Part shown: one piece after another, positions 46,766 to 57,838 of the stretch
Numbering within the stretch: the first letter of the stretch is position 1
Layout: each line of letters opens with the position of its first letter
The notes under the pieces: model-generated
Seen by the model: the letters and a program-made list of their open reading frames with translations, nothing else
The model's database searches: none
What the model was told of the DNA's origin: nothing
Program-made: the position numbers and the translations under genes
Origin: a virus
Lineage: Duplodnaviria; Heunggongvirae; Uroviricota; Caudoviricetes
DNA length: 64,000 nucleotides
Direction: 5' to 3' (one strand)
IMG/VR virus record: IMGVR_UViG_2778261505_000002

Positions 46766-47019
46766 CCCTCCAGATCGTATATTGGCGTAGATAGAATCTA
46801 CGCCTCCTCAAAATAGCTCTCATAGCGTTCTACAGTGATCCTGTCTTATTTTTAGTCATACAGACAAGCAAAGTTGCGCCACAATAAATAGGTATATACT
46901 TACTTATAAATTTTGTATATTAAGACGCTCGTTTCATTCCTAACATACCGTTATGCATAGTTGTTTACCTTCTCATTGCTCTTAAAATTTGTATCAAAAT
47001 AACCACAAAGGAAAAACAC

Positions 47020-48105
47020 ATGACTTTGCCATACGGCGTCATTTCTGACTGCCACTACCACAAATGGGATGCGTTCTCCACGACGAACGCAGAGGGGCTT
47101 AACTCCAGACTTGAAATACAGTTGGAAGCAACGAAAGAAGCAGCCATCGCCATGAAGAAGGCCGGTTGTAAGTACATGTTGGTTGCCGGTGATACATTTC
47201 ACGTCCGAGGAACTGTGTCCCCTTCTGTTTTGCATTACGTAACTGAAACGTACAAGTGGATTATCAACGAGCTTGATCTGACAGTAGTAATGCTGGCCGG
47301 TAATCACGATCTTGAAACCAACGATTCAGTATATAGCGCCAACGCAGCAGCATCGCTGAGTTCTATCGGCGTGGTAATCGTATGTGGCAAACGCCCACAC
47401 TCAATAAAAATTGGTGATGTGACTGTCCACCTGATTAGCTGGCGTAACAATCATGCGGAGCTTATCAGCGATCTGAAAGCATTACGTAAGAGCGTAGAAG
47501 GTGATAATCATGACGTTGTTATCCATACATCCATTAACAAAGCCATTCCAACAATGCCTGACGTCGGTATCGATGCGCAGGAGTTAAAGGATATCGGCTT
47601 TCGTCTCGTGCTTAGTGGGCATTACCACAACCACAAAGAGGTCATTCCTGGAGTTATCAGTGTCGGTGCGCTGACCCATCAAAATTGGGGAGATGTTGGA
47701 TCTCTGGCTGGTTACATGATCGTAAACCCGGACGGCAGTTTCAGTCACTACGAAACCAGTGCGCCTAAATTCATTAACCTGGAAGATTATGTTGCCGATG
47801 ACCAAATTCGCGGCAACTACGTGCGTTTCCGCGCCGTAATTGAGAACGATGAAGAAGGCATTAAGTACCAGAACATCCTCAAAACAATGGGTGCAAAAGG
47901 TGTCGTGTGCAACTTCATCCGTAAGTCATCAATGATGGAAGGGACAGCAAGCACAACGGAAACCAGCAAAATCGATAGCCTGGGAGAGTCGGTATCTGCT
48001 TATTGCAAGATTGTCCACGATACTGACGGCGGATTTGATCTGAGCAAGTTGGATATTTTGTGTCAGGAAATCCTCACCGAAGCGGAGAGTTCGGAGGCTG
48101 TGTGA
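47020..48105 (+). CDS. SbcD/Mre11-like nuclease (calcineurin-like phosphoesterase)
   Basis: Metallophosphoesterase motifs (VAGDTFH, LAGNHD, GHYH); followed by an SbcC-like gene. Confidence 0.8.
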   Translation: MTLPYGVISDCHYHKWDAFSTTNAEGLNSRLEIQLEATKEAAIAMKKAGCKYMLVAGDTFHVRGTVSPSVLHYVTETYKWIINELDLTVVMLAGNHDLETNDSVYSANAAASLSSIGVVIVCGKRPHSIKIGDVTVHLISWRNNHAELISDLKALRKSVEGDNHDVVIHTSINKAIPTMPDVGIDAQELKDIGFRLVLSGHYHNHKEVIPGVISVGALTHQNWGDVGSLAGYMIVNPDGSFSHYETSAPKFINLEDYVADDQIRGNYVRFRAVIENDEEGIKYQNILKTMGAKGVVCNFIRKSSMMEGTASTTETSKIDSLGESVSAYCKIVHDTDGGFDLSKLDILCQEILTEAESSEAV

Positions 48106-48334
48106 GGCAAAGTCGTTATGGGAGCTTTCGAGACTTTGCCATCACGATGAAAAGACTTGAACGAGGCCAGACGGTGATGTTTCACAAGCCCTACCCGCCA
48201 CAAGGAAATCCCGTAGCGTTTTATCTTGGAAGGTTAACCAGAAAAGGCGTATTGAGGCGCAGATCCTTCCCGGCGCATACGGAGTTCAGATTGAAAGAAG
48301 GTCAAAAGCTAACACACGGTATCAAAGGTGTTAT

Positions 48335-50251
48335 ATGAAGTTTTTAAAGCTCCAGGTTGAGAATTTTATGGCTATCGCCAGCGCGGAGGTCGAGTTAGAT
48401 CAGCGTGGTTTAGTGCTCATTCAGGGTGTTAATAGTGATGATAGTTCCGCATCAAGTAATGGCTCTGGAAAGTCAACGCTAATGAATAGCCTGATGTGGT
48501 GTCTTTATGGCGAAACAGCTCATGGTGTGAAGGGTGACGATGTGTTGTCTACCGACCATGAAAAGAACTGTCGTGTTGCAGTAACCATCGAGGATGAAGG
48601 CAAGAGATATGCGATCATTCGTCACCGTAAACACAAAGAGTTCAAAAATCGGCTTATCGTTCGTGGTGAAGACGGCGATATGACGAAAGGCAAAGATGCG
48701 CTGACGCAAGAGTTCGTCGAGCGTCTGATCGGTGCATCTAAAGAGGTTTTCATGGCTTCCATCTATGCGAGCCAAGAAGCTATGCCAGATTTACCTGGAA
48801 TGTCCGACAAAAACCTCAAAACCATCGTAGAAGAAGCCGCTGGCGTTGACAGACTGACACGCGCCTACGCTATTGCTCGTGAGCGAGCTAATGCAGCTGC
48901 CGCACGTATGGATGTGGTTAAAACCAAATTGGAGTCGACAATCTCGACCATTGAGGCAACACAGTCAGAAATTGAGTCAGCGAAAGCCTCCTCTGAATCA
49001 TGGGAGCAAGAGCGTTCTAAACGTTATGACGATGCCCTGGCTGGGCTGGCCAGTGCCGAAGTTGAGTTAACGGAAGTTGAACTTGAGATCCGCACTCTTC
49101 CCGAACAGATCCGTGATACCGAGAAGGCAATCGAAAGTGAGCGCAAAAAGTTAGCCTCAAAAGAAGAACATGACGCCAAGTTGCTCAAAGTTCGTGGTGC
49201 GATAACTGATATTCGGGCAAGCATCAAAGCTACAGAAAATAGTCAGGCTGATGCAATGAGCCGCGCGCGTAATTTTAAGACCAAAGCAGAAGAGGTTGGT
49301 ACTAAAGTGGGATCACCATGCCCTACTTGTGGCAAAGCCTACTGCGAAGAAGATCTATCAACGGTGAAGGAGAATTTCATTGAACAAGCACGTCAGGAAA
49401 TTGGTCAGGCGAAGACACTTGCAGAGGCAATGGCTAAACACAAAACGAATCTTGAGAAAGCGTTAAGCATTGAGTCTGCCCTTGTTAAAACGACACCTGA
49501 TGTAACGGCTATCATTGCCCGGATTGAAGAGCTTACGAAACAACTCTCATCTTTGCGTCATCGTGAGAAGGAGGTTGTTGCTATTGAGTCTCTTGTGACT
49601 CGTGCTCGTACTGAGGTCGATCGTATATCAAAAGAGATTAATCCGTTTATTGCTCTTATCGCCAGACACGAAGATAACCTGGTATCCAGTAAGTCTACCT
49701 TCAAGTCCTTAAAAGATGAGTTGAAGGCTATTCAGGAACAAACGTTGCTATTGGAAAAAGCTCGTCAGGTCTACTCTCCTGCCGGGGTGCGTTCTCATAT
49801 TTTGACGTCTGTTACGCCTTTCCTGAATACACGCACTGCCGAGTACCTCAATACGTTGTCTGACGGGAATATTACTGCTGAGTGGTCGACGATGGATGTC
49901 ACCAAAAAAGGTGAGTATCGCGACAAATTCAACATTAGTGTGCAGAAGAAAGGTTCAAGTAAGTCGTTCCAGACCCTCTCTGGTGGTGAGAAGCGGAAGG
50001 TTCGCATTGCGTGTTCTTTGGCATTGCAGGATCTGGTTAGTAACCGGGCGAGTAAAAACATCGATTTGTTTATCGGCGACGAAATTGACGATGCACTCGA
50101 TACAGCCGGTCTTGAACGCCTCATGGGTATTCTGGAGTCCAAAGCTCGCGAGCGAGGTACTGTGCTGATTATCTCCCATAAAGAGATGAAGTCATGGTTC
50201 CGGGAAACTATTACGCTGGAAGTTAAAGAGGGGCGCAGCTATGTCGTTTAA
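48335..50251 (+). CDS. SbcC/Rad50-like ATPase
   Basis: N-terminal Walker A (GSGKSTLMNSL), long coiled coil with CPTCGK zinc hook, C-terminal ABC signature (LSGGEKRKV) and Walker B (LFIGDEID). Confidence 0.85.
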   Translation: MKFLKLQVENFMAIASAEVELDQRGLVLIQGVNSDDSSASSNGSGKSTLMNSLMWCLYGETAHGVKGDDVLSTDHEKNCRVAVTIEDEGKRYAIIRHRKHKEFKNRLIVRGEDGDMTKGKDALTQEFVERLIGASKEVFMASIYASQEAMPDLPGMSDKNLKTIVEEAAGVDRLTRAYAIARERANAAAARMDVVKTKLESTISTIEATQSEIESAKASSESWEQERSKRYDDALAGLASAEVELTEVELEIRTLPEQIRDTEKAIESERKKLASKEEHDAKLLKVRGAITDIRASIKATENSQADAMSRARNFKTKAEEVGTKVGSPCPTCGKAYCEEDLSTVKENFIEQARQEIGQAKTLAEAMAKHKTNLEKALSIESALVKTTPDVTAIIARIEELTKQLSSLRHREKEVVAIESLVTRARTEVDRISKEINPFIALIARHEDNLVSSKSTFKSLKDELKAIQEQTLLLEKARQVYSPAGVRSHILTSVTPFLNTRTAEYLNTLSDGNITAEWSTMDVTKKGEYRDKFNISVQKKGSSKSFQTLSGGEKRKVRIACSLALQDLVSNRASKNIDLFIGDEIDDALDTAGLERLMGILESKARERGTVLIISHKEMKSWFRETITLEVKEGRSYVV

Positions 50252-50984
50252 ATTAAGCCGCTCGCAGTTTTTGCAGGTATTTGCAGTGATGCAGTCGATA
50301 AAACTGATCAATGGGCATACTTCCAATGGTGCGGCTCCACGTATTCTGTGGGGCAGCAACAATATTGACGGAGTACAATTTGCCGCGTTGCTTGGTCTAA
50401 TATCCGAGACGCCATTGATGCAAAGTTTGAAATCACTACCACCTGGATGTATTGCGCCGATCCTGATTAATCCTTTTGTTGAGGGGGGATATCTTCCCAA
50501 CGTCGGGCCTGGGTTTATTGCATCCCATGAAAATGAAGATCTTAACATTAATAGCGAAGGGTTCTTTGGGGGAATGGGTGCGCATCACTGTATGGCTTTC
50601 ACGAACCTTATTCGACTTGCCAATAAGCGGGTGGATAGTTTGGCATCGCCAGGTGATGCTTTTACTGGTTTCCTTATCCAAAGGAGGGATAAAAAGTACA
50701 GTGCGGACAAACTACAGTTTGTTGGTAAGTATGGAGAAATGGTAGAAATCGAACTTCAGCTCCCGCATGTTTTAGCAAACGATAGTGCAGACAGTCGGAG
50801 GCTGTTGGGCATCATGCGTCATTTCATAGCAAGTGGCGTTAAACATGCCGTAGATAAACGTGTCACGCAGGAAAATGAGTATTCAGACTTTGCAAACTCT
50901 CCCCAACCAACGTTGCAAACGGCAATAGTAACCAATTCGTTGGAGGCGAGATTATTGGAAAACCCTATATGGGGAACATGGTAA
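50241..50984 (+). CDS. Hypothetical protein
   Basis: 247-aa ORF overlapping the sbcC stop. Confidence 0.45.
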   Translation: MSFKLSRSQFLQVFAVMQSIKLINGHTSNGAAPRILWGSNNIDGVQFAALLGLISETPLMQSLKSLPPGCIAPILINPFVEGGYLPNVGPGFIASHENEDLNINSEGFFGGMGAHHCMAFTNLIRLANKRVDSLASPGDAFTGFLIQRRDKKYSADKLQFVGKYGEMVEIELQLPHVLANDSADSRRLLGIMRHFIASGVKHAVDKRVTQENEYSDFANSPQPTLQTAIVTNSLEARLLENPIWGTW

Positions 50985-50993
50985 GGAGACTAT

Positions 50994-51563
50994 ATGAGTA
51001 AAAAAATCAGCGTAGTTGGTGTTGATCCCTCAATGAGCAACTTTGGGCTTGCTGTGGGCACTTTAGACCTTGAGACGGACGAACTTGAGATTCACGGCCT
51101 TACTCTTGTTGAGACTAAAGCGGGGAGTAACAAAAAGACCGTTCGTGTGAACAGTGACGATCTGCGCCGAGCCAGTGAAATATGGCGTGTTGCGAAGCCA
51201 ATCATTGATAAGGCAAATATGGTTTTTTGTGAGCTACCGGTTGGGAGCCAAAGCTCTCGTTCGCAGACGTCTTACGGTATTTGTATCGGTGTACTTGCGT
51301 GTGTGGATAAGCCATTGATCCAGGTTACTCCAAACGAAATTAAGCATTTTGTCGGCAATAAACTTACTACATCGAAAGAAGAGATTATCCAGTGGGCTAC
51401 GAAAAAACACCCTAAAGCACCGTGGCTGCGTCGTAAGCAATCTGGACAGGATGTTCTCGTGAACAAAAACGAACATTTGGCTGATGCGGTGGCTGCCATC
51501 CATACCGGTATGCAAACAGATCAGTTCCGCCAGGTGCGCGATGTTCTTAAGTCTCTCATTTGA
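50994..51563 (+). CDS. RuvC-like Holliday junction resolvase
   Basis: N-terminal VVGVDPSMSNFGLAV (RuvC-fold first strand with catalytic Asp) and size ~190 aa. Confidence 0.55.
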   Translation: MSKKISVVGVDPSMSNFGLAVGTLDLETDELEIHGLTLVETKAGSNKKTVRVNSDDLRRASEIWRVAKPIIDKANMVFCELPVGSQSSRSQTSYGICIGVLACVDKPLIQVTPNEIKHFVGNKLTTSKEEIIQWATKKHPKAPWLRRKQSGQDVLVNKNEHLADAVAAIHTGMQTDQFRQVRDVLKSLI

Positions 51564-51636
51564 TTTCATTGATAGGTAAGTACTTATCTATTAACATGGG
51601 CCACTATATTTAGTGGCCCTCTTTATTTGGTGATAC

Positions 51637-53952
51637 ATGATAAGCATCGTAAAACGTAACGGCCAAACAGAGCCGTTATCCGAAGAAAAATACAACCGCG
51701 TCGTAATGTATGGCGTAGAAGGCATTCGTGGTGTAAGCGCATCCGCTGTAGCAATGGGAGCTGCGGCCAGCATTTTTGATGGGATGACCACCAGCCAGTT
51801 GCATGAGGCTTTGGTTAAATCTGCCGCTGATTTGATCTCACCAGAAGCACCAAATTACTCACAGGTGGCTGCCCGCCTGAACATTTTTAAAATCCGCAAA
51901 GATGCCTTCGGTCGTTACGACTATCCGAACTTCTACCAACACATTGTCAAGAACGTTAACAAGGGCGTTTATGACAAGGATTTGCTGACACATTATTCGT
52001 TTGAAGAGATCGAAGAACTCGGCAATTACATTAAGCCTAAACGTGACGATCTTTTTGGCTATGCAGCTACGGTGCAGTTGCAAAGCAAATACCTCGTTCA
52101 AAACCGTGTTACTGGTGAGATTCATGAGGGGCCGCAACATATCTATATGCTGGTAGGCATGTGTCTGTTCCAGAATTGGGAAGACGACTGCGCTGGCAAA
52201 ACACGTATGGAGATGGTCAAAGGTTTCTATGACGTTACAAGTACGTTCAAACTGTCTCTGCCCACACCAATCATGGCCGGCGTCCGTACTCCAACCCGTC
52301 AGTTCTCCAGTTGTGTGCTGATTGAGTCTGGCGATAGTCTGAAAGGGATTAGTGCAGCTTCAGCCGCAATTATCGACTACGTTTCACGTCGTGCTGGAAT
52401 TGGTATTGGTTTTGGCCGTATCCGTGCGCTGGGCAGCGAGATCCGCAATGGTGAAGCCACCCATACCGGAGTTATTCCATTCCTGAAGCATTTCCAGACA
52501 GCTGTTAAATCTTGTTCGCAAGGTGGTGTTCGTGGTGGCGCAGCAACAGCGTTTTACCCGATCTGGCATCTTGAAGTTGAAAGTCTGCTGGTGGTGAAAA
52601 ATAACCGTGGTATTGATGAAAACCGCGTTCGCCATCTTGATTACGGCGTCATGAGTAACCGTCTAATGTACCGTCGACTCGTCAGAAGCGAGAACATCAC
52701 TCTGTTCAGCCCGCATGATGTGCCTGATATGTACGAAGCCTTCTTCACAGACCAGGAGCTGTTTGAAAAGCTGTACCATAAATACGAAGCCGATGATTCA
52801 ATTCGCAAGAAGTCAGTACCTGCCATTGAGCTGTTCTCATCTCTGATGCAGGAACGAGCGTCCACGGGCCGAATTTATATTGCGAACGTCGATCATATTA
52901 ATGAGCATGGCGCTTTCATTCCTGCTCTTGCACCTGTCCGCCAGTCAAACCTGTGTATGGAGATCACCCTACCCACCCGTCCACTGGCATTTACCGACGA
53001 CCCGAACGGTGAGATCGCGCTATGCACTTTATCCGCTTTTAACCTCGGAGCCATCCGTTCACTGGAGTCTCTTAAAGAGGTGGCGTTCTATGCCGTTGCT
53101 GCACTGGATTCGTTACTGGATTATCAAGACTATCCGATGGAGGCAGCCGAAGTGCCTGCCAAAGCTCGTCGTAGCTTGGGAATTGGTGTAACCAACTTTG
53201 CTTATTACCTGGCAAAGAATGGCGTTCGTTATTCTGATACCGCTGGTAATAAACTGGTGCATGAAACATTCGAAGCTATCCAGTATTACCTTCTTGATGC
53301 CAGCTGCCGACTTGCTGAAGCAAAAGGTGAGTGTGACTGGTTTGAGCAGACCAAGTACGCAATTGGTCAGTTGCCGATCGACCATTACCGTTCTTCATTA
53401 GACGAAAGTGGCGAAACCAACTTTGAGTTAAAGATGCCGTGGGAAGAACTGCGTGAACGTATTGCAAAATACGGCCTTCGCAACTCCACACTGACGGCAC
53501 AAATGCCATGCGAGACTTCCAGCCAGATCACTAATTCCACCAACGGCATCGAACCGCCTCGTGGCCCGGTGTCGGTGAAATCTTCTAAGGACGGCATCGT
53601 TAAGATGGTCGTGCCTGAGTTTGAAAAACTGAAGGAACAGTATGAATACCTGTGGGATATGCCGGACAACCGCGGCTATCTGACAAAGGTGGCGATCATC
53701 CAGAAGTTCTTTGACCAGGCTATTTCAGCCAATACCAACTATGACCCTTCTCGCTTTGAAGGCGATAAAGTCCCAATGATGACGCTACTGTCAGATTTGC
53801 TTCTCGCCTACAAGATGGGAGTTAAAACGCTTTACTACCACAACACCAGAGATGGTGCAGGAAAGCGTGATGACGACGAACCGCAGAATCCACTGGCGCA
53901 AGCTGTAGCCGTCGAGCCAGAAGATGAGTGCGACGGAGCCTGCAAAATCTGA
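51637..53952 (+). CDS. nrdA: Ribonucleotide reductase class Ia large subunit
   Basis: N-terminal ATP-cone, active-site regions (SSCVLIE, NLCMEI, ETSSQ), C-terminal redox CxxC-type tail (ECDGACKI); strongly resembles enterobacterial NrdA as I recall it. Confidence 0.9.
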   Translation: MISIVKRNGQTEPLSEEKYNRVVMYGVEGIRGVSASAVAMGAAASIFDGMTTSQLHEALVKSAADLISPEAPNYSQVAARLNIFKIRKDAFGRYDYPNFYQHIVKNVNKGVYDKDLLTHYSFEEIEELGNYIKPKRDDLFGYAATVQLQSKYLVQNRVTGEIHEGPQHIYMLVGMCLFQNWEDDCAGKTRMEMVKGFYDVTSTFKLSLPTPIMAGVRTPTRQFSSCVLIESGDSLKGISAASAAIIDYVSRRAGIGIGFGRIRALGSEIRNGEATHTGVIPFLKHFQTAVKSCSQGGVRGGAATAFYPIWHLEVESLLVVKNNRGIDENRVRHLDYGVMSNRLMYRRLVRSENITLFSPHDVPDMYEAFFTDQELFEKLYHKYEADDSIRKKSVPAIELFSSLMQERASTGRIYIANVDHINEHGAFIPALAPVRQSNLCMEITLPTRPLAFTDDPNGEIALCTLSAFNLGAIRSLESLKEVAFYAVAALDSLLDYQDYPMEAAEVPAKARRSLGIGVTNFAYYLAKNGVRYSDTAGNKLVHETFEAIQYYLLDASCRLAEAKGECDWFEQTKYAIGQLPIDHYRSSLDESGETNFELKMPWEELRERIAKYGLRNSTLTAQMPCETSSQITNSTNGIEPPRGPVSVKSSKDGIVKMVVPEFEKLKEQYEYLWDMPDNRGYLTKVAIIQKFFDQAISANTNYDPSRFEGDKVPMMTLLSDLLLAYKMGVKTLYYHNTRDGAGKRDDDEPQNPLAQAVAVEPEDECDGACKI

Positions 53953-53957
53953 CATAT

Positions 53958-53984
53958 GGTGGGGGATATCCCCACCTTCTCTTT
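53958..53984 (+). terminator. Rho-independent terminator
   Basis: GGTGGGG-GATAT-CCCCACC followed by TTCTCTTT. Confidence 0.7.
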
Positions 53985-54058
53985 GATTTGTAAGCCTTGT
54001 TTAAACACATAAGATAACAACTTGTTTAAACGCACCAAAAAAGAAAAAGGAAAAACAC

Positions 54059-55201
54059 ATGTCATATTCAACGTTCCGTTTGGGTGCTAATGATGCAACC
54101 AAAGAGCCTATGTTCCTCGGACAATCTGTCAACGTGGCACGTTACGATCAGCAAAAATACCGTGATTTTGAAAAGTTGATTGAACGTCAATTGTCTTTCT
54201 TCTGGCGGCCGGAAGAAGTTGATATTTCGAGCGATCGTATCGACTTCAACACGAAGCTGCGGGACCACGAACGTCACATTTTTCTGAGCAATCTCCGTTA
54301 TCAAACGTTACTCGATTCAGTTCAGGGACGTAGTCCAAATGCAACGCTGCTGCCGCTTATCTCTATTCCTGAACTGGAAACGTGGGTTGAAACGTGGTCT
54401 TTCTCTGAGACTATCCATAGCCGCAGCTACACCCACATTATTCGTGGCATGGTGGACGATCCGAGCATTGTTTTTGACGGTATTGTTACGGATGAAGAAA
54501 TCATCAACCGAGCGATCAGTATCTCTGCTGAATATGACAGGCTTTATGGGATGACCTGCGAGCGCCAGTCGTTAGGTGAGAAGGAATTTGAGCGTCTGTA
54601 CGTAAATGAATATGGCTGGGAGCCATACCCTTTGCATCGTCAGCTTTTCCGCACGTTGGTGTCCATTAATGCGCTTGAGGCGATCCGTTTCTACGTAAGT
54701 TTTGCATGTACGTTTGCCTTTGGTGAACGGAAGTTGCTTGAGGGTAACACCAAAATTATGCGCTTTATTGCCCGTGATGAAGCTCTGCATTGCGAAGGAA
54801 CTGAACGCATGATCCGCTTCATGCGTACCGGTCGCGAAGGTTTATTGTGGAAAGAGATTGCTGCTGATGAAGAAAACGTCATTTACGACACCATGAAATC
54901 AGTCGCCGAACAAGAAATGAACTGGGCAGACTATCTCTTCAAAGACGGTTCGATGATTGGTTTAAACGCGGATATTCTCAAAACCTATGTAAAATACCGC
55001 ACCAATCTGGCTATGAATCGTCTTGGCCTGAAGGCTTTATTTCCAGAAGTTACCACTGATCCGCTGGTCTGGATGAACAAGTGGTTGTTAACCGACACAC
55101 TGCAAATTGCGCCACAAGAGGCAGAGCAAAGCACATATCTGGTAGGTCAGATCGATTCTACCGTGGATAAGGCTTCTCTAAGCCAGTTTGCAGACCTGTA
55201 A
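54059..55201 (+). CDS. nrdB: Ribonucleotide reductase class Ia small subunit
   Basis: Di-iron/tyrosyl-radical motifs ([23 protein letters not shown]); N-terminus closely resembles enterobacterial NrdB as I recall it. Confidence 0.9.
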   Translation: MSYSTFRLGANDATKEPMFLGQSVNVARYDQQKYRDFEKLIERQLSFFWRPEEVDISSDRIDFNTKLRDHERHIFLSNLRYQTLLDSVQGRSPNATLLPLISIPELETWVETWSFSETIHSRSYTHIIRGMVDDPSIVFDGIVTDEEIINRAISISAEYDRLYGMTCERQSLGEKEFERLYVNEYGWEPYPLHRQLFRTLVSINALEAIRFYVSFACTFAFGERKLLEGNTKIMRFIARDEALHCEGTERMIRFMRTGREGLLWKEIAADEENVIYDTMKSVAEQEMNWADYLFKDGSMIGLNADILKTYVKYRTNLAMNRLGLKALFPEVTTDPLVWMNKWLLTDTLQIAPQEAEQSTYLVGQIDSTVDKASLSQFADL

Positions 55202-55278
55202 ACCGATACAAAGCATTATATGGCCTGGCAACGCTGGGCCACAATGGATCACAAGAATTAAGAAGGAGCAAAACTAGC

Positions 55279-56148
55279 ATGAACTTTACCAAACTGACTG
55301 ACCACCTGAAACTTGCCACCGATCGACTCATTGGATTTAAGCCAGAACCATATGAGTTGCATGAAGGCCATGGTGTAGCCACTGAAAGTATTTACAAGAT
55401 GGTCGATCAGTTTCATGAACTCTTCCAGCATCCGAGACGCGTTATGCCGACACCAGAGCTGCTTCGTCTCCGTGCAAGCCTGATTCATGAAGAAGCTGTA
55501 GTGGAAGGTATTCCAGCCGCAATGAATGGGGATATTGAGCAACTGCTGGATGCAATGGCCGACTTTTTATACGTTGGTGTTGGTACGATGGTCGCCATCA
55601 AAGGTGGTATTTCTACCGGCATGACTTATTACACGCAGGAACAGAGCATTGATCGCTTTATGCAGACAATTTTTGTGCCTGGTAACACTGTTTTCGATGA
55701 TATGGCAATGCCATTTCAGGAAGCTCGTGAGGCGTCATGTATGCTCGAAGAGCTGGCAGATAAACTTGAGAAGAAGACTGTTAAGGATTCTGAGCTGATT
55801 CAGGAACTGCGCCGTGTAATGAACAAAATCTATGTGGCGTGCATGATGACTTATCGACTGGCTGATTTTCTCGGTATCAATGTCGTCGAGCTGGTTGGCG
55901 AAATTCATCGGTCCAACATGACAAAATTATGGCCTGCAGATGCCGAAGAGCGTCGCCATGCTGTGGCCAACTGCAAATACGACTCTTCTGACCTGGGATT
56001 TCGCCATGCTGATGGCACCGATAAGATGATCGGTTTTCGAATTTCCGATGGAAAGATTCTGAAGTCTCCAACCTATAGTGATGTCGATTTATCCTCCTTT
56101 GTTGAGCAAGCTAAAGCCTCAGCAATGTACGGAATGATCAAAAAATAA
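55279..56148 (+). CDS. Hypothetical protein; possibly MazG-like all-alpha NTP pyrophosphohydrolase
   Basis: Helical protein with EExxE...D acidic pattern (LIHEEAVVE...DAMADFLYV); weak assignment. Confidence 0.3.
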   Translation: MNFTKLTDHLKLATDRLIGFKPEPYELHEGHGVATESIYKMVDQFHELFQHPRRVMPTPELLRLRASLIHEEAVVEGIPAAMNGDIEQLLDAMADFLYVGVGTMVAIKGGISTGMTYYTQEQSIDRFMQTIFVPGNTVFDDMAMPFQEAREASCMLEELADKLEKKTVKDSELIQELRRVMNKIYVACMMTYRLADFLGINVVELVGEIHRSNMTKLWPADAEERRHAVANCKYDSSDLGFRHADGTDKMIGFRISDGKILKSPTYSDVDLSSFVEQAKASAMYGMIKK

Positions 56149-56292
56149 TTGTAGGTAGTTATCTATCTGTGTATATTGCGCTGGCGCGTTAAATTTCTGA
56201 AACAACTATTCGTTTTTGGTGGCCTATGGCCACCATTTTTTTATCTGTCTGGTCTTGTTCTCTCAATAAATGTAAACTCACGCAATGAATAA

Positions 56293-57423
56293 GTGGTTAC
56301 TTATCTTTGTGAGGTTTTTGTGTCACTCCTTTTGAATCGTGAGCATACGAACGGTCAGGTAACAAACGCATCGTATGCAAAAGTTATTGAGACGGTGCTT
56401 AAAAGCGGCGTGCAGGCTGATGATCGCACAGGCACTGGTACTTTAAGCACCTGCTACGTTCCCTCTTACTACATGCTTACTGGTGGGACTGTGCCGCTTA
56501 TTTCTGGAAAGGCGGTAAATCTTAAGCCACTGCTTGTCGAACTTGAGTGGTATCTGAAAGGCACGGGCAACATCCAATTTCTCAAGGATAACGGCGTTAA
56601 GATTTGGGATGCATGGGCCGATGAGAATGGCGATTTGGGGCCGGTTTACGGTAAGCAGTGGCGTCGATGGGAAGATACCCGCATCGTGAGCCATAGTGAA
56701 TATCTGAGCAAGATCGCTACTTTCCGTGAACGCGGGTACAAAGTCGAGGGATACCTGGGTATCAGTGAAGATCGCGTAGTGCTGTCCCGTGAAATCGATC
56801 AGCTACAGCGTATTGTCGATACACTGCGCACGAACCCTACCGATCGTCGCATCATGCTTAACGCATGGAACGTAGGCGAGCTTGAGGATATGAAACTGCC
56901 ACCTTGCCACTTTGTCTTCTCTTTGTGGAGTCGTGAACTGGATTTTGAAACCCGTTTAACGATGGCAACTGACATTGGTCTTCAACACAGTCGCCTCGGT
57001 TACGAGTCTATCTACACCAAGATGCTATACGATCTGGAGATGGACGGCAGTGTTACTGAAACTGAACTGGATGAACTTGGAATCCCCAAACGCATCCTCA
57101 ACTCCTGCCTCGTACAGCGTAGCGTAGACACTTTTGTTGGTATGCCATTCAATATTGCTGGCTATGGCATTCTCACTCATTTTCTCGCGAAGATTACGGG
57201 TCACATGGCCGGTGCATTTGTGCATTTTGGCTTTGACGTGCATTTGTACAACAACCACATGGAAGGTGTGTGTGAGCTAATGCAACGACAGGCTCCAGAG
57301 CATTCAGATCCGGTCGTTATATTCCCTAATGAATGGTCTGAGCTGGATGATTTCAAATGGGACGAGATTCTTATTCTTGGCTATGCCCCTCTACCGTGGA
57401 TCAAGGTTCCAGTGGCGGTGTGA
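56293..57423 (+). CDS. thyA: Thymidylate synthase (ThyA family) with internal insertions
   Basis: DRTGTGTLS, IWDAWADENGDLGPVYGKQWRRW, RRIMLNAWNVGEL, LPPCH, PFNIAGY motifs; ~45-aa insertion after the PCH active-site segment; start may be the GTG at 56320. Confidence 0.8.
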   Translation: MVTYLCEVFVSLLLNREHTNGQVTNASYAKVIETVLKSGVQADDRTGTGTLSTCYVPSYYMLTGGTVPLISGKAVNLKPLLVELEWYLKGTGNIQFLKDNGVKIWDAWADENGDLGPVYGKQWRRWEDTRIVSHSEYLSKIATFRERGYKVEGYLGISEDRVVLSREIDQLQRIVDTLRTNPTDRRIMLNAWNVGELEDMKLPPCHFVFSLWSRELDFETRLTMATDIGLQHSRLGYESIYTKMLYDLEMDGSVTETELDELGIPKRILNSCLVQRSVDTFVGMPFNIAGYGILTHFLAKITGHMAGAFVHFGFDVHLYNNHMEGVCELMQRQAPEHSDPVVIFPNEWSELDDFKWDEILILGYAPLPWIKVPVAV

Positions 57424-57424
57424 T

Positions 57425-57838
57425 ATGGCAAGAGGTATGTATGTCTTATGCGAAATTGAAGGTGTGCTGGCAAATACCAGCCATCGTAAATCTGTATCTG
57501 ACTCGGATGCAGGCCAATTCATTGCCGGTGATGAACTCATTTTCCCCACCAGCCGTATGTTGCGTGGTTTTGCTCGCTCAGGGGCTGAAGTGGTGCTTAT
57601 CAGTAGCCGCTCTGAAACTCTTGAAGCGCCCACTAAACGATGGCTGAAAGATTTTGGTGTTGATTACGACTGGCTTCACCTCGTACCGAATAGCACTAGT
57701 TATGAGAAGCATATTAAGCGCACATTAGCGGAGCATAAAGGCGATCTGCTTATCGCTGCGCTGGTGCACGATCCTCGACTCCGTGCCGCTTTAGCTGACT
57801 CTCATCATAGACCGGTCATCTATGAGGTGAGCAAATGA
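57425..57838 (+). CDS. Hypothetical protein
   Basis: Start set at ATG overlapping the thyA stop (track ORF begins at 57329 inside thyA); 3' end overlaps the DHFR start. Confidence 0.4.
   Translation: MARGMYVLCEIEGVLANTSHRKSVSDSDAGQFIAGDELIFPTSRMLRGFARSGAEVVLISSRSETLEAPTKRWLKDFGVDYDWLHLVPNSTSYEKHIKRTLAEHKGDLLIAALVHDPRLRAALADSHHRPVIYEVSK

Noticed and set aside
48060-48338. 92-aa ORF spanning the sbcD/sbcC junction
   Set aside because: Mostly overlaps the 3' end of sbcD in another frame; only the distal part (from about 48150) could be a real small gene, and that is not verifiable here
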